In this document: piece by piece, positions 9,196 through 18,643 of the stretch | Position numbering within the stretch: the stretch's first letter is position 1 | How the letters are laid out: every line of letters begins with the position of its first letter | Source: Thermodesulfobacteriota bacterium | GTDB lineage: Bacteria; Desulfobacterota; Desulfobacteria; Desulfobacterales; C00003060 | Assembly (NCBI GenBank): GCA_034189385.1 | Contig: JAXHVD010000022.1 | Location: forward strand, 8,005-72,004 | Direction of reading: 5' to 3' | Length of the DNA stretch: 64,000 nucleotides | Notes under the pieces: model-generated | What the model was told of the DNA's origin: nothing | Database searches by the model: none | Seen by the model: the letters and a program-made list of their open reading frames with translations, nothing else | Position numbers and translations under genes: made by a program

Positions 9196-9247
9196 AGGCA
9201 AAATAAAAAAGGAGACCCAATATAGGGGGGTCTCCTCTGTTCTAGGT

Positions 9248-9325
9248 GCCCTCGTAGCTTAAAGGATTAAAGCAACGATCTCCCGAATCGTTAGAATCCG
9301 AGTTCGAATCTCGGCGGGGGCACCA
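9248..9325 (+). tRNA. tRNA with anticodon CCC (nominal Gly) on an Arg-like body
   Basis: Acceptor GCCCTCG/CGGGGGC, D stem GCTT/AAGC, anticodon stem ACGAT/ATCGT with loop CT-CCC-GA, T arm CCGAG-TTCGAAT-CTCGG, A73, CCA. Confidence 0.88.
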
Positions 9326-9400
9326 TCTGTAACTGTAAGTTCATTCTCTGCAAAAACTTGACTATTTGTCAACTACTTTTTTGAAAAGTTTAAAAACTTC

Positions 9401-9422
9401 TCGCTAAAGAATGGCTACAAAA
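9401..9422 (+). repeat. Tandem arm-type integrase-binding-like repeat (right)
   Basis: TCGCTAAAGAA-TGGCTACAAAA, 11-bp period. Confidence 0.65.
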
Positions 9423-9539
9423 AACTTTCCTAACCCTTCCTTTTTAGGGTGTTCCCTTCCTAAATCTTCCTATAACTTTTTTAAGGTAATTTAGTTAGTT
9501 AGGTAATATTAGGCGGTTAGAAAAATAGGTGAGAAAACT

Positions 9540-9594
9540 TTCAGGGTCTAGTGGGTGTACGCCCGTGCGAGTTCGAGTCTCGCCTTCGGCACCA
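9540..9594 (+). repeat. att repeat: displaced 3' half of tRNA-Leu
   Basis: Identical to 8325-8379 except in the variable arm (GTGTACGC vs ATGAATGT). Confidence 0.93.
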
Positions 9595-9907
9595 CGCCTA
9601 TCAAGGCCCTCAGGCCGCACTAGCAGTGTGAGTGTCTCTCCGCCAGCCCAGTGGCTGTTGGAAAACCAATTAGGGTTCTATTAAGCACCGCCAAGGAGTC
9701 TGTCAACCCGGCCCCCGGGAGGGAGCAAATCCGAGAAGGGGCAAAGACTTGACAAACCCTTTGCTATCACATACCCAGTCACCAGGATCTGGTTCGCCGA
9801 GGAGCGGTGGGCTTCAGATGCAACCTCTCATGGGATGAGATACAGATGCTGCGTCTCCGGGCCTTTGACCGGCCATCAGCGCATTGTTTAGAATGCAAGG
9901 GGGAAAA

Positions 9908-11227
9908 ATGAGACCAACCCTAGGAAGACTGGCAACGTTGTGGGTCTTGATGCTGCTTTCGGTTTCTCTTGTCTCGTGCAACGGAAACGGAGGCGACAGT
10001 GGCGCTTCATCGCAGACAGTCCAAGGGGCCTTCATCGCCTCTGAGAGGGAGCGGAGCATGGTCCCCGCAACCAGTCCATGGGATGTAGATGAGCTTGTTG
10101 AGGGGAACACGGACTTTGCCTTTGACCTGTATCAGGCCCTGCGAGACGAAGATGATAATGTGATCTATTCGCCTTACAGCATTTCTCTGGCCCTGGCCAT
10201 GACCTTTGGAGGCGCCAGACATCAGACAGAAATGCAGATGGCAGAGACCCTCAACTTCACCTTGGGCCAAGAAGGGGTCCACCCTGCCTTTAATGCCCTT
10301 GACTTGGAACTGGAAAGACGCGGAAAAGGTGCCCAGGGCAGTGATGGAAAAGGATTCCGGCTTCATGTCGCCAACGCCATTTGGGGGCAGGCCGGCTATT
10401 CGTTCCTTTCAGATTTTCTTGATACCCTGGCCGAGAACTATGGGGCCGGTTTAAGGTTGCTCGATTTTGCCGCCGTGCCGGAAGAATCCCGCCTTACGAT
10501 CAATGACTGGGTCAGTGATGAGACTGAAGAAAGGATCCCAGATTTGCTTCCCCCGGGGTCTGTCACCTCCCTTACCCGGCTGGTCCTCACCAACGCTATT
10601 TACTTTAATGCTGCCTGGAATTTTCCCTTTGACGAGTTGGGAACCCAACCGGGTTTGTTTCATCTCCTAGGCGGCGGTGAGGTCACAGCGGACATGATGT
10701 CCCAGGTGGAGCACTTCAACTACTTTAGGGGGAGCTATTATCAGGTAATCGAACTCCCCTATGATGGCCATGAGCTTTCCATGGTGATCTTCATCCCCGA
10801 TGAAGGGTGGTTTGAAGCATTTGAAAACGTCTTGACGGCGGACAAGGTGGACGAGATGGTAAAAGGACTGTCTCCCGAAAACGTGAGCTTGACCATGCCC
10901 AAATTTACGTTCGACTTTGGCCTCAGCCTGAATCAAATCCTGGCAGCCATGGGGATGCCTGACGCCTTTGATCCCACGGCGGCCGATTTCTCGGGCATGG
11001 ACGGTTCCCGCAGCCTTTTTATCTCAAATGTTTTGCACAAGGCCTTCATCGCTGTGGATGAAGAAGGCACAGAGGCTGCTGCTGCAACGGCAGTGGTGAT
11101 GGAACTGACCGCTGTGCTTGATCCTCCCATTGTGGTGTCCATTGACCGGCCCTTTGTCTTTATGATTCGAGACTTGGAGACAAGGACAGTGCTTTTCATG
11201 GGCCGGGTCTTGCATCCTGAGACTTGA
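9908..11227 (+). CDS. Serpin-family protease inhibitor, probable lipoprotein
   Basis: SPYSISLALAM, LVLTNAIYF, hinge DEEGTEAAAATAV, DRPFVFMI..LFMGRV; lipobox-like LVSC. Confidence 0.95.
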   Translation: MRPTLGRLATLWVLMLLSVSLVSCNGNGGDSGASSQTVQGAFIASERERSMVPATSPWDVDELVEGNTDFAFDLYQALRDEDDNVIYSPYSISLALAMTFGGARHQTEMQMAETLNFTLGQEGVHPAFNALDLELERRGKGAQGSDGKGFRLHVANAIWGQAGYSFLSDFLDTLAENYGAGLRLLDFAAVPEESRLTINDWVSDETEERIPDLLPPGSVTSLTRLVLTNAIYFNAAWNFPFDELGTQPGLFHLLGGGEVTADMMSQVEHFNYFRGSYYQVIELPYDGHELSMVIFIPDEGWFEAFENVLTADKVDEMVKGLSPENVSLTMPKFTFDFGLSLNQILAAMGMPDAFDPTAADFSGMDGSRSLFISNVLHKAFIAVDEEGTEAAAATAVVMELTAVLDPPIVVSIDRPFVFMIRDLETRTVLFMGRVLHPET

Positions 11228-11389
11228 TGGTTTCGTAAGAAGTCTTTTGCAAAAGAGATTGAGTTCGCCGTGGCGGAGGAGAAAAGCATTGGAGATGCTC
11301 GGCGTTAGAAAATATCCCGATCGTCGGGATCTCAGGGCCCTTTCTCAAAAAAAGAAGGGGGATCGGAATTTGCTTGGAAGGGAAAGAAA

Positions 11390-11424
11390 GTGCCTGCCTG
11401 TAAAGACGGACTCCAGGCAGGCAC
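11390..11424 (-). terminator. Terminator downstream of adk
   Basis: GTGCCTGCCTG/CAGGCAGGCAC 11-bp stem followed by TTTCTTT on the minus strand. Confidence 0.7.
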
Positions 11425-11442
11425 AAGTCGCAGTTCGGTGCT

Positions 11443-12117
11443 TTAGAGTTTTGACATGAGCTCTTCTGTCACTTCTGTGACGCTGGGCGCTCCGTCAAGG
11501 GTGATGTACTTGATCTTGCCTTCTTTTTCAGCTAGGTCTTTGAAATAGTAAGCAGCGGCCAAGGTGCCGGTGTCCGTATCGTAGTAAATAGCGTGGCGTT
11601 TGTCGATCGCCCCTTCGTCTTGATCATCCGATCGGGCCGAAAGCTCCCCGCCGCACACGCGGCATTTGTCGCCATTTGGTTTAATGGCATCGATGAAGAT
11701 GTTATTCGGATGGTTGTTGTCGTTGGCACAGAGCCTGCGGCCCATGATGCGGTTTTTGGCAATCTGTCGATCCAGAAGCACCTCGACAACGATATTCAGA
11801 TCCAAACCCGATGCCTTAAGGGCTTCGTCCAGCTTGATGGACTGTGCCTTGCTCCTGGGGAACCCATCGAGTAGCCAACCATTCTTGCAATCGTCTTGCT
11901 TCAGACGGTCCAGGATCATGGGAATGGTGATTTCATCTGGCACCAGTTCCCCACGGTCTATATACTCTTTGGCCTTCTTGCCGATGTCCGTGCCTTTGCC
12001 GATGTTTTCTCGAAAGATCGCACCTGATTCAATGTGAGGCAGGTTGTACTTGTCCTTCACGATCGCTCCCTGTGTTCCCTTGCCACTGCCGTTTGGTCCA
12101 AACATCAAAATGTTCAT
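11443..12117 (-). CDS. adk: Adenylate kinase
   Basis: GPNGSGKGTQ, WLLDGFPRS, LID region, RSDD. Confidence 0.97.
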   Translation of the reverse strand: MNILMFGPNGSGKGTQGAIVKDKYNLPHIESGAIFRENIGKGTDIGKKAKEYIDRGELVPDEITIPMILDRLKQDDCKNGWLLDGFPRSKAQSIKLDEALKASGLDLNIVVEVLLDRQIAKNRIMGRRLCANDNNHPNNIFIDAIKPNGDKCRVCGGELSARSDDQDEGAIDKRHAIYYDTDTGTLAAAYYFKDLAEKEGKIKYITLDGAPSVTEVTEELMSKL

Positions 12118-12346
12118 ACACCTCTCCTTTCTTGACTATTTTTTAGCGGAAATGCAGATGTGAGGTCTGACCTGGAGATTAGAGTTGATCTCGCACAGTG
12201 GCTCAGGTATAAGAATTTGGACAGTTTGTCAAGAAGTTTGAGTTGCTTGAAACCAGGTGCCCTATTTTTTTCTTGACAGGGCAAGGTAAGGAGATTTAAA
12301 AGAATGGGTTTTCAAGCACCTTACAATCAAAAGAAGAGAATGGATT

Positions 12347-12781
12347 ATGAAAACATACAGCGCGAAAATAGAAGAAGTTGACAGGGCATGGCACGTCATT
12401 GATGCCAGCGGGTGCGTGTTGGGCAGACTGGCTGCCCTCGTTGCCACCCGCCTCAGGGGAAAGCACAAGCCCACGTACACGCCTCATGTAGACACAGGCG
12501 ATCACGTCATTGTCGTTAACGCGGCAAAGGTGACCCTGACCGGTAGAAAACTGGACCAGAAGATGTACTACCACCACAGTGGCTATATGGGGGGGCTGAA
12601 GTCTGCCACGGCCAAGCAGCTCTTGGAGAAGCGGCCTGGAGATCTGGTCATCCATGCCGTGAGAGGGATGCTTCCGAAGAACAGGCTCGGCCGCAAGATG
12701 CTCAAGAAGCTCAAGGTGTATGCTGGGCCCGATCATCCACACGTGGCACAGCAACCACAACCACTGCAACTTCAAGTGTAG
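12347..12781 (+). CDS. rplM: 50S ribosomal protein L13
   Basis: [17 protein letters not shown] and [10 protein letters not shown] motifs. Confidence 0.99.
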   Translation: MKTYSAKIEEVDRAWHVIDASGCVLGRLAALVATRLRGKHKPTYTPHVDTGDHVIVVNAAKVTLTGRKLDQKMYYHHSGYMGGLKSATAKQLLEKRPGDLVIHAVRGMLPKNRLGRKMLKKLKVYAGPDHPHVAQQPQPLQLQV

Positions 12782-12790
12782 GAGAATTCC

Positions 12791-13180
12791 ATGCCAGAAG
12801 TCTATTATGGTACCGGTAAACGGAAAACATCCGTGGCCAGGACATGGGTCAAACCGGGAAGCGGAAACATTACGATCAACAGGCGCAGTATTGACAATTA
12901 TTTCGGCAGAGAGACGGCCAAGATGATTGTAGAACAACCCCTCGTTTTGACGGATACTTCCGGCAAGTTTGACATTACTGTCAATGTCTCTGGCGGCGGT
13001 ATTTCGGGCCAGGCGTCAGCCATTCGGCACGGTATCACCAAGGCCTTGCTGCAGGTGAATCCCGAATATCGACAGGTCCTGAAGAAGGCCGGTTTTGTGA
13101 CACGGGATCCAAGGATAAAAGAGAGGAAGAAATACGGGCAAAGAGGGGCCCGTGCCCACTTCCAGTATTCCAAGCGATAG
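12791..13180 (+). CDS. rpsI: 30S ribosomal protein S9
   Basis: [17 protein letters not shown] and QYSKR motifs. Confidence 0.99.
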   Translation: MPEVYYGTGKRKTSVARTWVKPGSGNITINRRSIDNYFGRETAKMIVEQPLVLTDTSGKFDITVNVSGGGISGQASAIRHGITKALLQVNPEYRQVLKKAGFVTRDPRIKERKKYGQRGARAHFQYSKR

Positions 13181-13208
13181 ATCAAGGGGCCTTTTGGTGA
13201 ACAGCTTT

Positions 13209-13242
13209 AGGGAGGGGGTTTAGGGCTTCTTCCCTTTTTTTT
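13209..13242 (+). terminator. Probable terminator after rpsI
   Basis: G-rich/C-rich imperfect stem followed by a long T-run. Confidence 0.5.
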
Positions 13243-13326
13243 CTCTTTTAAGGGACGTGTTGGAGGGGCGTTTAGGGCGTCAAACCGCTAGAGTCCATAG
13301 GAACGACAGACGGAGGTGAATCGATC

Positions 13327-13551
13327 GTGGCCAAAGAAGAAGCTATAGAGGTCCGTGGTAAGGTCATCCAGGACATGTCACACGGCACCTACAAGGTGGA
13401 GCTGGAGAACAAACACCAGATACTTGCCCATCCCTGTGGAAAGATGCGAAAGTATTCGATAAAGATCCTTCCTGGAGACATGGTGAAGGTGGAGCTGTCG
13501 CCCTATGATCTTTCCCGTGGGAGGATTACGTATCGTTTTAGCGGCCGTTAG
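13327..13551 (+). CDS. infA: Translation initiation factor IF-1
   Basis: [14 protein letters not shown] and [16 protein letters not shown] motifs. Confidence 0.97.
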   Translation: MAKEEAIEVRGKVIQDMSHGTYKVELENKHQILAHPCGKMRKYSIKILPGDMVKVELSPYDLSRGRITYRFSGR

Positions 13552-13933
13552 GACGAGGGGCGCAAAAATGAGTCATCCCCTTTTCTGCCTCTGTCTTGGC
13601 TTTCACTGTTGCCTGCTTCTAATGCCCAGCGTCTAAACGGCAAGACAGGCCTTTCTGACCATGATCTGAGCCCTTTTTTCATCACGCCTCTTTTCCTTCC
13701 ATAAGAAACTGTCTCCCCCATCCTGGGCACGCGCCCACGAAATCGTGACAACGCGCCGCGGCATGCCTCGGATGCCCCTGCAATCAGCGCGTGATGCCAC
13801 GGGAGGCTCAAGACCATCGGGCCCACGGTCTGGCCATTGTCCGGATGAGGCACAACGGCCTGCCATAAAAAGACTCCTGGCAAGGTGGACCGGGCTGTAG
13901 ACTAGACGGTGCCCTTTGGAGGAGATTTTTGAT

Positions 13934-13962
13934 TTGACAAGTCTAGGGCTTTCCCATAAAGT
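13934..13962 (+). promoter_or_regulatory. Sigma70-type promoter of argC
   Basis: TTGACA-N17-TAAAGT. Confidence 0.55.
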
Positions 13963-14040
13963 CGTTTTACAAGAATAACTGGTGGTTAGGACGAAATCAG
14001 GCCATCAAGGCTGAGCGTCCCCACGCTCCTAGGAGGCACG

Positions 14041-15078
14041 ATGGTAAGAGCAGCAGTCATTGGCGCAACGGGCTATGCAGGGGCCGAGTTGGTGCGGCTC
14101 CTCTCTGGTCATCCTCATGTAGAGCTGTCCATGGTCACCTCCCGCCAGCATGCGGGCACCCCCTTTTCCCATATCTACCCGGCCATGGCCGGAAAGGTGG
14201 AATTGACCTGTGCATCCTTTTCTCAAGAGGCTGTGTGTGAGGCCGCTGACGTGGTCTTTACGGCCCTTCCTCACAAGGCATCCATGGATGTGGTGCCGGG
14301 ACTCATTGACGGGGGCAAAAAAGTCGTTGATCTGAGTGCCGATTTCAGGTTCAAGGACCCCGCCACCTATGAGGCCTGGTATGAACCCCATCAGGCAAGG
14401 GACCTGCTCAAGACTGCCGTCTACGGGCTTCCTGAAGTCTATTCCGATCAGATCCAAGGCGCCTCCCTTATTGGCAATCCAGGCTGCTATCCTACCAGCG
14501 TCCTTCTTCCCTTGCTGCCCTTGGTCAAGGCGTCCTTTGTGGATCTTGACAGCATCGTGGCAGACTCAAAATCCGGCACAAGTGGCGCTGGGCGAGCAGT
14601 AAGCCTGGGCACCCATTTCTGCGAGGTCAACGAAGGCTTTAAGGCCTACAAGGTTGCAGAGCATCGTCATAACCCGGAGATGAACGAAGTCTTGAGCCTC
14701 TTTGCGGGACGGACGATGCATATTACTTTCACACCCCATTTGGTGCCCATGACCCGTGGCATGCTAACGACCACGTACGTGGGGCTGAACGAAAGGATTG
14801 CCCCCGAGGAAGTGGCTTTGCGTCTTGATTCCTTTTATGGGGAAAAGCCTTTTGTTCGTATATGTCGGCCCGGTACCTTTCCCAACACAATGTTCGTCAA
14901 GGGGACAAATTATTGCGATATTGGGTTGAAAGTGGCCCAGGACACGGGACGACTTGTCCTTGTGTCTGCCATCGACAATCTCGTGAAAGGGGCTTCGGGC
15001 CAAGCCGTGCAGAACATGAACCTCATGTTCGGGTTTCCCGAGACGGCAGGTTTGGATCAGGTTCCCTTTCCTCTGTAG
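14041..15078 (+). CDS. argC: N-acetyl-gamma-glutamyl-phosphate reductase
   Basis: GATGYAGAEL, DLSADFR, NPGCYPT and DNLVKGASGQA motifs. Confidence 0.99.
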   Translation: MVRAAVIGATGYAGAELVRLLSGHPHVELSMVTSRQHAGTPFSHIYPAMAGKVELTCASFSQEAVCEAADVVFTALPHKASMDVVPGLIDGGKKVVDLSADFRFKDPATYEAWYEPHQARDLLKTAVYGLPEVYSDQIQGASLIGNPGCYPTSVLLPLLPLVKASFVDLDSIVADSKSGTSGAGRAVSLGTHFCEVNEGFKAYKVAEHRHNPEMNEVLSLFAGRTMHITFTPHLVPMTRGMLTTTYVGLNERIAPEEVALRLDSFYGEKPFVRICRPGTFPNTMFVKGTNYCDIGLKVAQDTGRLVLVSAIDNLVKGASGQAVQNMNLMFGFPETAGLDQVPFPL

Positions 15079-15240
15079 TGGCGTCCATGAGGCGGGCTGG
15101 AGGGAACGTCCACCCTGGAAGCTTCGATAAGGTCTAACCCCCTTGCCGTGCCGGCACGCTTTCCGGTCTGATCATCGTTGATAGGGCATCTCTGCCTGCT
15201 CTCTTGGACAGAGGCTCACGCCTTAACAGGTTGCCATTCG

Positions 15241-16011
15241 ATGAAGCGAAACTTTAAACTGGTCATGGAATACGACGGCACGGGCTATCATGGATGGCAG
15301 CGCCAGAAAGAGATTCCAACCATTCAGGGGACCATTGAGACGCAATTAAAGACCATGACAGGGCAGTCCGTGACTGTCATAGGGTCAGGCCGCACCGATG
15401 CCGGCGTGCACGCCCTGAACCAGGTAGCCAACTTTGTGGTGGACACCCAACTCACCGCCGACATCTTCAAGAAGGGTCTGAACAGTCTTCTTCCCGCAGA
15501 CATCGTGATCAAAGAATGCCAGGAGGTGGACACCGCCTTCCATGCGCGATATGATGCGTTGAGCAAGACCTATGATTATCGCCTATTGAATCACCCTGTG
15601 CGGGCAGCGCTCCTTCGGCAGTTCGCCTGGCACATCAGAAAACCCCTTGACGAAAAGGCCATGAGGGTGGCCATGGAATGTCTCAAGGGCGAACACGACT
15701 TCTCAGCCTTTGAGGCCGTTGGAAGCCCCAGGTCCCACTCCAGAAGGACCGCCCTGAATGTGGGCCTGACGGCAAAAGATCCCAAGGGTTACTTGGTTTT
15801 TAGCATGGAGGCTGATGGATTTTTGCGCTCCATGGTCCGCAACGTCGTGGGGACCCTGGTGGATGTAGGTGTGGGGAGAATGTCCCCAGAGGGGTTTGGA
15901 GATGTCTTGGCTTCAAAGGATCGTAAACAGGCAGGGATCACGGCCCCTCCACAGGGCCTGTTCCTAAGGGAAGTAAAATACCAGCACACTTCCGGTTCAA
16001 CGGGCTGGTAA
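15241..16011 (+). CDS. truA: tRNA pseudouridine(38-40) synthase
   Basis: YDGTGYHGWQ, GSGRTDAGVHA and TAPPQGLFL motifs; stop codon lies in the MITE end. Confidence 0.98.
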   Translation: MKRNFKLVMEYDGTGYHGWQRQKEIPTIQGTIETQLKTMTGQSVTVIGSGRTDAGVHALNQVANFVVDTQLTADIFKKGLNSLLPADIVIKECQEVDTAFHARYDALSKTYDYRLLNHPVRAALLRQFAWHIRKPLDEKAMRVAMECLKGEHDFSAFEAVGSPRSHSRRTALNVGLTAKDPKGYLVFSMEADGFLRSMVRNVVGTLVDVGVGRMSPEGFGDVLASKDRKQAGITAPPQGLFLREVKYQHTSGSTGW

Positions 16012-16171
16012 CGTTTAAGAGTTGAGGCAAATCCTCTTAGCAGGCAGCTAAGAGGATAGGGAGGATAATGGTATGCGGGCTACTTAAAGGCATTGGATGC
16101 CGAAGAGAAGCGATTCGCCCTATCGGGAAGTCGTGTGTCCAGAAATAGACTGTCACAATCTGAACGTTACT
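16007..16171 (-). mobile_element. MITE family A, copy 1
   Basis: Ends GGTAACGTTT/GAACGTTACT; perfect 8-bp TSD AACGGGCT (15999-16006, 16172-16179); reverse complement matches 34131-34334. Confidence 0.9.
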
Positions 16172-16194
16172 AACGGGCTGGAAGCGGTCATTTC

Positions 16195-18456
16195 TCATCG
16201 GCCCTTGTGGCTGCGCTTAATGACAAAATCGTCATAGGTGGACATGATATCCCTTCGGCTGATGACTCCAAGGAGGCGCCCGGGATCCTGTGGGTGGACC
16301 ACAGGGAGGATGGAGAAATCTCCTTGGGTAATTCTGGTGAGGCCTAAAAAGAGACTATCTTCTTCTGTCACCGTGACCAGATTGCGTGTGGCGATGTCTT
16401 TTGCAGTGAGCCCCTTTTCTCTTTCCCCCTCAGAAGCCTTCTGGCAGTCTGATAAAGAGATGATGCCAACGAGTCGATCATTGGCGTCCATGACACAGAA
16501 GCTGTTGAACTTGCTTTTGTAAACGAAGTCCTGGAGGCTCTTAAAAGACATGTCAGCGTCGACGGTTTCAGCTCCCCGTCTCATGGCCGCTCCCACTGGG
16601 ATGTTCTTCAGCTGACTGATTTCGCGATCAGATTCAATATCCACCCGTTGGTGACTTGATTTTATCTCTTCTACTCTCTGGTTATAATACTCAATGACTT
16701 CCCTACGGTCCAGCATGCCCAGCAACACCCTGTGGTCTTCATCTTTGACAACAGGAAGCCTTTGAATGTTGCGAACGGTAAACTTTTTGAGCACCTCATT
16801 GAGATCTTCAGAGGGGGTTGTCACGATGATGCCTGGGTTGGCCACATCCTTCATGACGATGAGGTCTCCCATGGACTGGTCGAAGATGATTCCCCGAATA
16901 TCGTTTATGGAGAATATGCCGGTCAACAATCTTTCTCTGTTCACGACTGGGAAGTAGTGCTGATCCGTAGAAGAGAAGATGTCCCTGAAGGCCGTCAAGG
17001 GCATATGTTCAGGCACAAGCTTCACATGTCTCACTTTGGGCATGAGCTCGTTGACCCGAATCGTGCCAAGGACGTCTACGAAGAAGTCACCGCGATGGGC
17101 ATTGGAGTCTATTCTTGTGGATACCTGTTTTTCGTAGATGGTCCATTTCTTGGTAAGCAAGTAAGCCAGAGAGCAGACAAGCAGACTGGGCAAGAGTAGA
17201 TGATAAGAGTTGGTCATCTCACTGACAAAAATAATGGTGGAGATGGGGGCGTTGGAGACGGCAGCAAAGAAACCGGCCATGCCGACAACGACAAAGGCAC
17301 CCGGCTCGGTCACAACGCTCGGTATGATGCTGTGGAAGATCCTCCCCACAGCTCCTCCAAAGGCCCCGCCGATGACAACAGAGGGGCCGAAAACACCACC
17401 ACTTCCGCCTGATCCTATAGAAAAAGAGGTAGTAAAAATTTTCCCAAAGGCCAGACCGAGGAGAAAGAGGGTAGGCAGTGCATTGTCCAGGGCCATCTGG
17501 GCGGAACCGTAGCCAAAGGCAAGGGTTTCTTTCATGAAGAAGCAGCCGATAGCACCGGTGCAAAGGCCCCCAATGGCCGGCTTTAGATGATTTGGGACGT
17601 TCCATTTACTGAAAAGCCGGTGCACTCCGTAGAAGGATTTCACATAGAGAATCCCACCGCCCGCTAGGACGAAGGCCAGCACGATGTAAGGTCCCAGCTC
17701 AATGGGGTTGCGAAAGACGAAATCCGGTGACTGAAACAGGGACCCCCATCCAAAGACGAGACAGAAAAGACAGTAGGCAACAACAGAAGAGATGCCTGCA
17801 GGTATAATGACCTCTGCCTCGAATTCAGGCTCACGGTAAAGGACCTCAGCAGCAAAGAGTGCCGCTGCCAATGGGGCGCGAAAGATGGCTCCAACGCCGG
17901 CACCGATACCGGCTGCCAACATGATACGACGTTGCCGGTCAGAGAGCTTGAGTCTTGTGGCAAGATAGGAGCCAAAGCCAGCTCCTATCTGGGCGATGGG
18001 CCCTTCCCGGCCTCCTGAACCGCCCGTCGTGATGGTCACAGCGGAAGCGATGGTCTTTATAAAAGGGATTCTCCCTCGAACGAACCCTCCCTTGTTATGG
18101 TAGGAGTCAATGGCGGCGTCTGTGCCGTGACCTTCAGCCTCAGGGGCAAAGGTATAAACCAGCCATCCGCTAAAGAGGCCGCCTAGAGAGGGCATGAGAA
18201 ACAGCATCCAGGGGTTCAAGGGTTTGCCTGAAGGCAGAAAAAGGTGGGCCTCTCCAGCCGGGCCATGGGGACGATAGCCGGCCATCATCTCTAAGAAAAC
18301 ATATAGGCCCACTTGGCACAGATATTGAAAAACAATAGCGCCCAGCCCTGCAATGAGACCTATGAGGATGTAATAGAAGGTCCATTTGCCTGCGGAGGTG
18401 ATGCGGGCAGTTGTCAGTCCGGCTGCGAAGTGAGTTGCCGAAGCCTTATTCTTCAA
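16195..18456 (-). CDS. ClC-family chloride channel/transporter with two CBS pairs
   Basis: GGSGGREGP, GSGGVFGP and APISTIIFVSEMT motifs; four C-terminal CBS domains. Confidence 0.95.
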   Translation of the reverse strand: MKNKASATHFAAGLTTARITSAGKWTFYYILIGLIAGLGAIVFQYLCQVGLYVFLEMMAGYRPHGPAGEAHLFLPSGKPLNPWMLFLMPSLGGLFSGWLVYTFAPEAEGHGTDAAIDSYHNKGGFVRGRIPFIKTIASAVTITTGGSGGREGPIAQIGAGFGSYLATRLKLSDRQRRIMLAAGIGAGVGAIFRAPLAAALFAAEVLYREPEFEAEVIIPAGISSVVAYCLFCLVFGWGSLFQSPDFVFRNPIELGPYIVLAFVLAGGGILYVKSFYGVHRLFSKWNVPNHLKPAIGGLCTGAIGCFFMKETLAFGYGSAQMALDNALPTLFLLGLAFGKIFTTSFSIGSGGSGGVFGPSVVIGGAFGGAVGRIFHSIIPSVVTEPGAFVVVGMAGFFAAVSNAPISTIIFVSEMTNSYHLLLPSLLVCSLAYLLTKKWTIYEKQVSTRIDSNAHRGDFFVDVLGTIRVNELMPKVRHVKLVPEHMPLTAFRDIFSSTDQHYFPVVNRERLLTGIFSINDIRGIIFDQSMGDLIVMKDVANPGIIVTTPSEDLNEVLKKFTVRNIQRLPVVKDEDHRVLLGMLDRREVIEYYNQRVEEIKSSHQRVDIESDREISQLKNIPVGAAMRRGAETVDADMSFKSLQDFVYKSKFNSFCVMDANDRLVGIISLSDCQKASEGEREKGLTAKDIATRNLVTVTEEDSLFLGLTRITQGDFSILPVVHPQDPGRLLGVISRRDIMSTYDDFVIKRSHKGR

Positions 18457-18643
18457 AGGAATTGCCTTTTACTTCCATATTTGTTACTGGACGGGTCGTT
18501 CTGCGAACACCCCTATTGGCTATCAAAATATGTGTTCTTTGATTACGGGATTGACCAAATACGTGTGTCGACATAGACTTATAGTGACGGCCACAGCGTG
18601 GGTCAAGTGAAAAGCCCCAAAGAAACAGATGGGAGGGATGATC

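Larger units (their letters stand above)
8325..9594. mobile_element. 1215-bp AT-rich integrase-less element inserted in tRNA-Leu
   Basis: 55-bp direct repeat of the tRNA 3' half (8325-8379 vs 9540-9594) starting at anticodon loop TTCAGGG; abruptly AT-rich interior. Confidence 0.9.

Noticed and set aside
9358..9372. Palindrome TTGAC-N5-GTCAA as an FNR box
   Set aside because: Does not match TTGAT-N4-ATCAA, and there is no downstream target.
9540..9594. Second tRNA-Leu gene
   Set aside because: Lacks the 5' half; it is the att repeat.
13552..14030. Short ORFs or ncRNA between infA and argC
   Set aside because: No recognisable protein motif or RNA fold.
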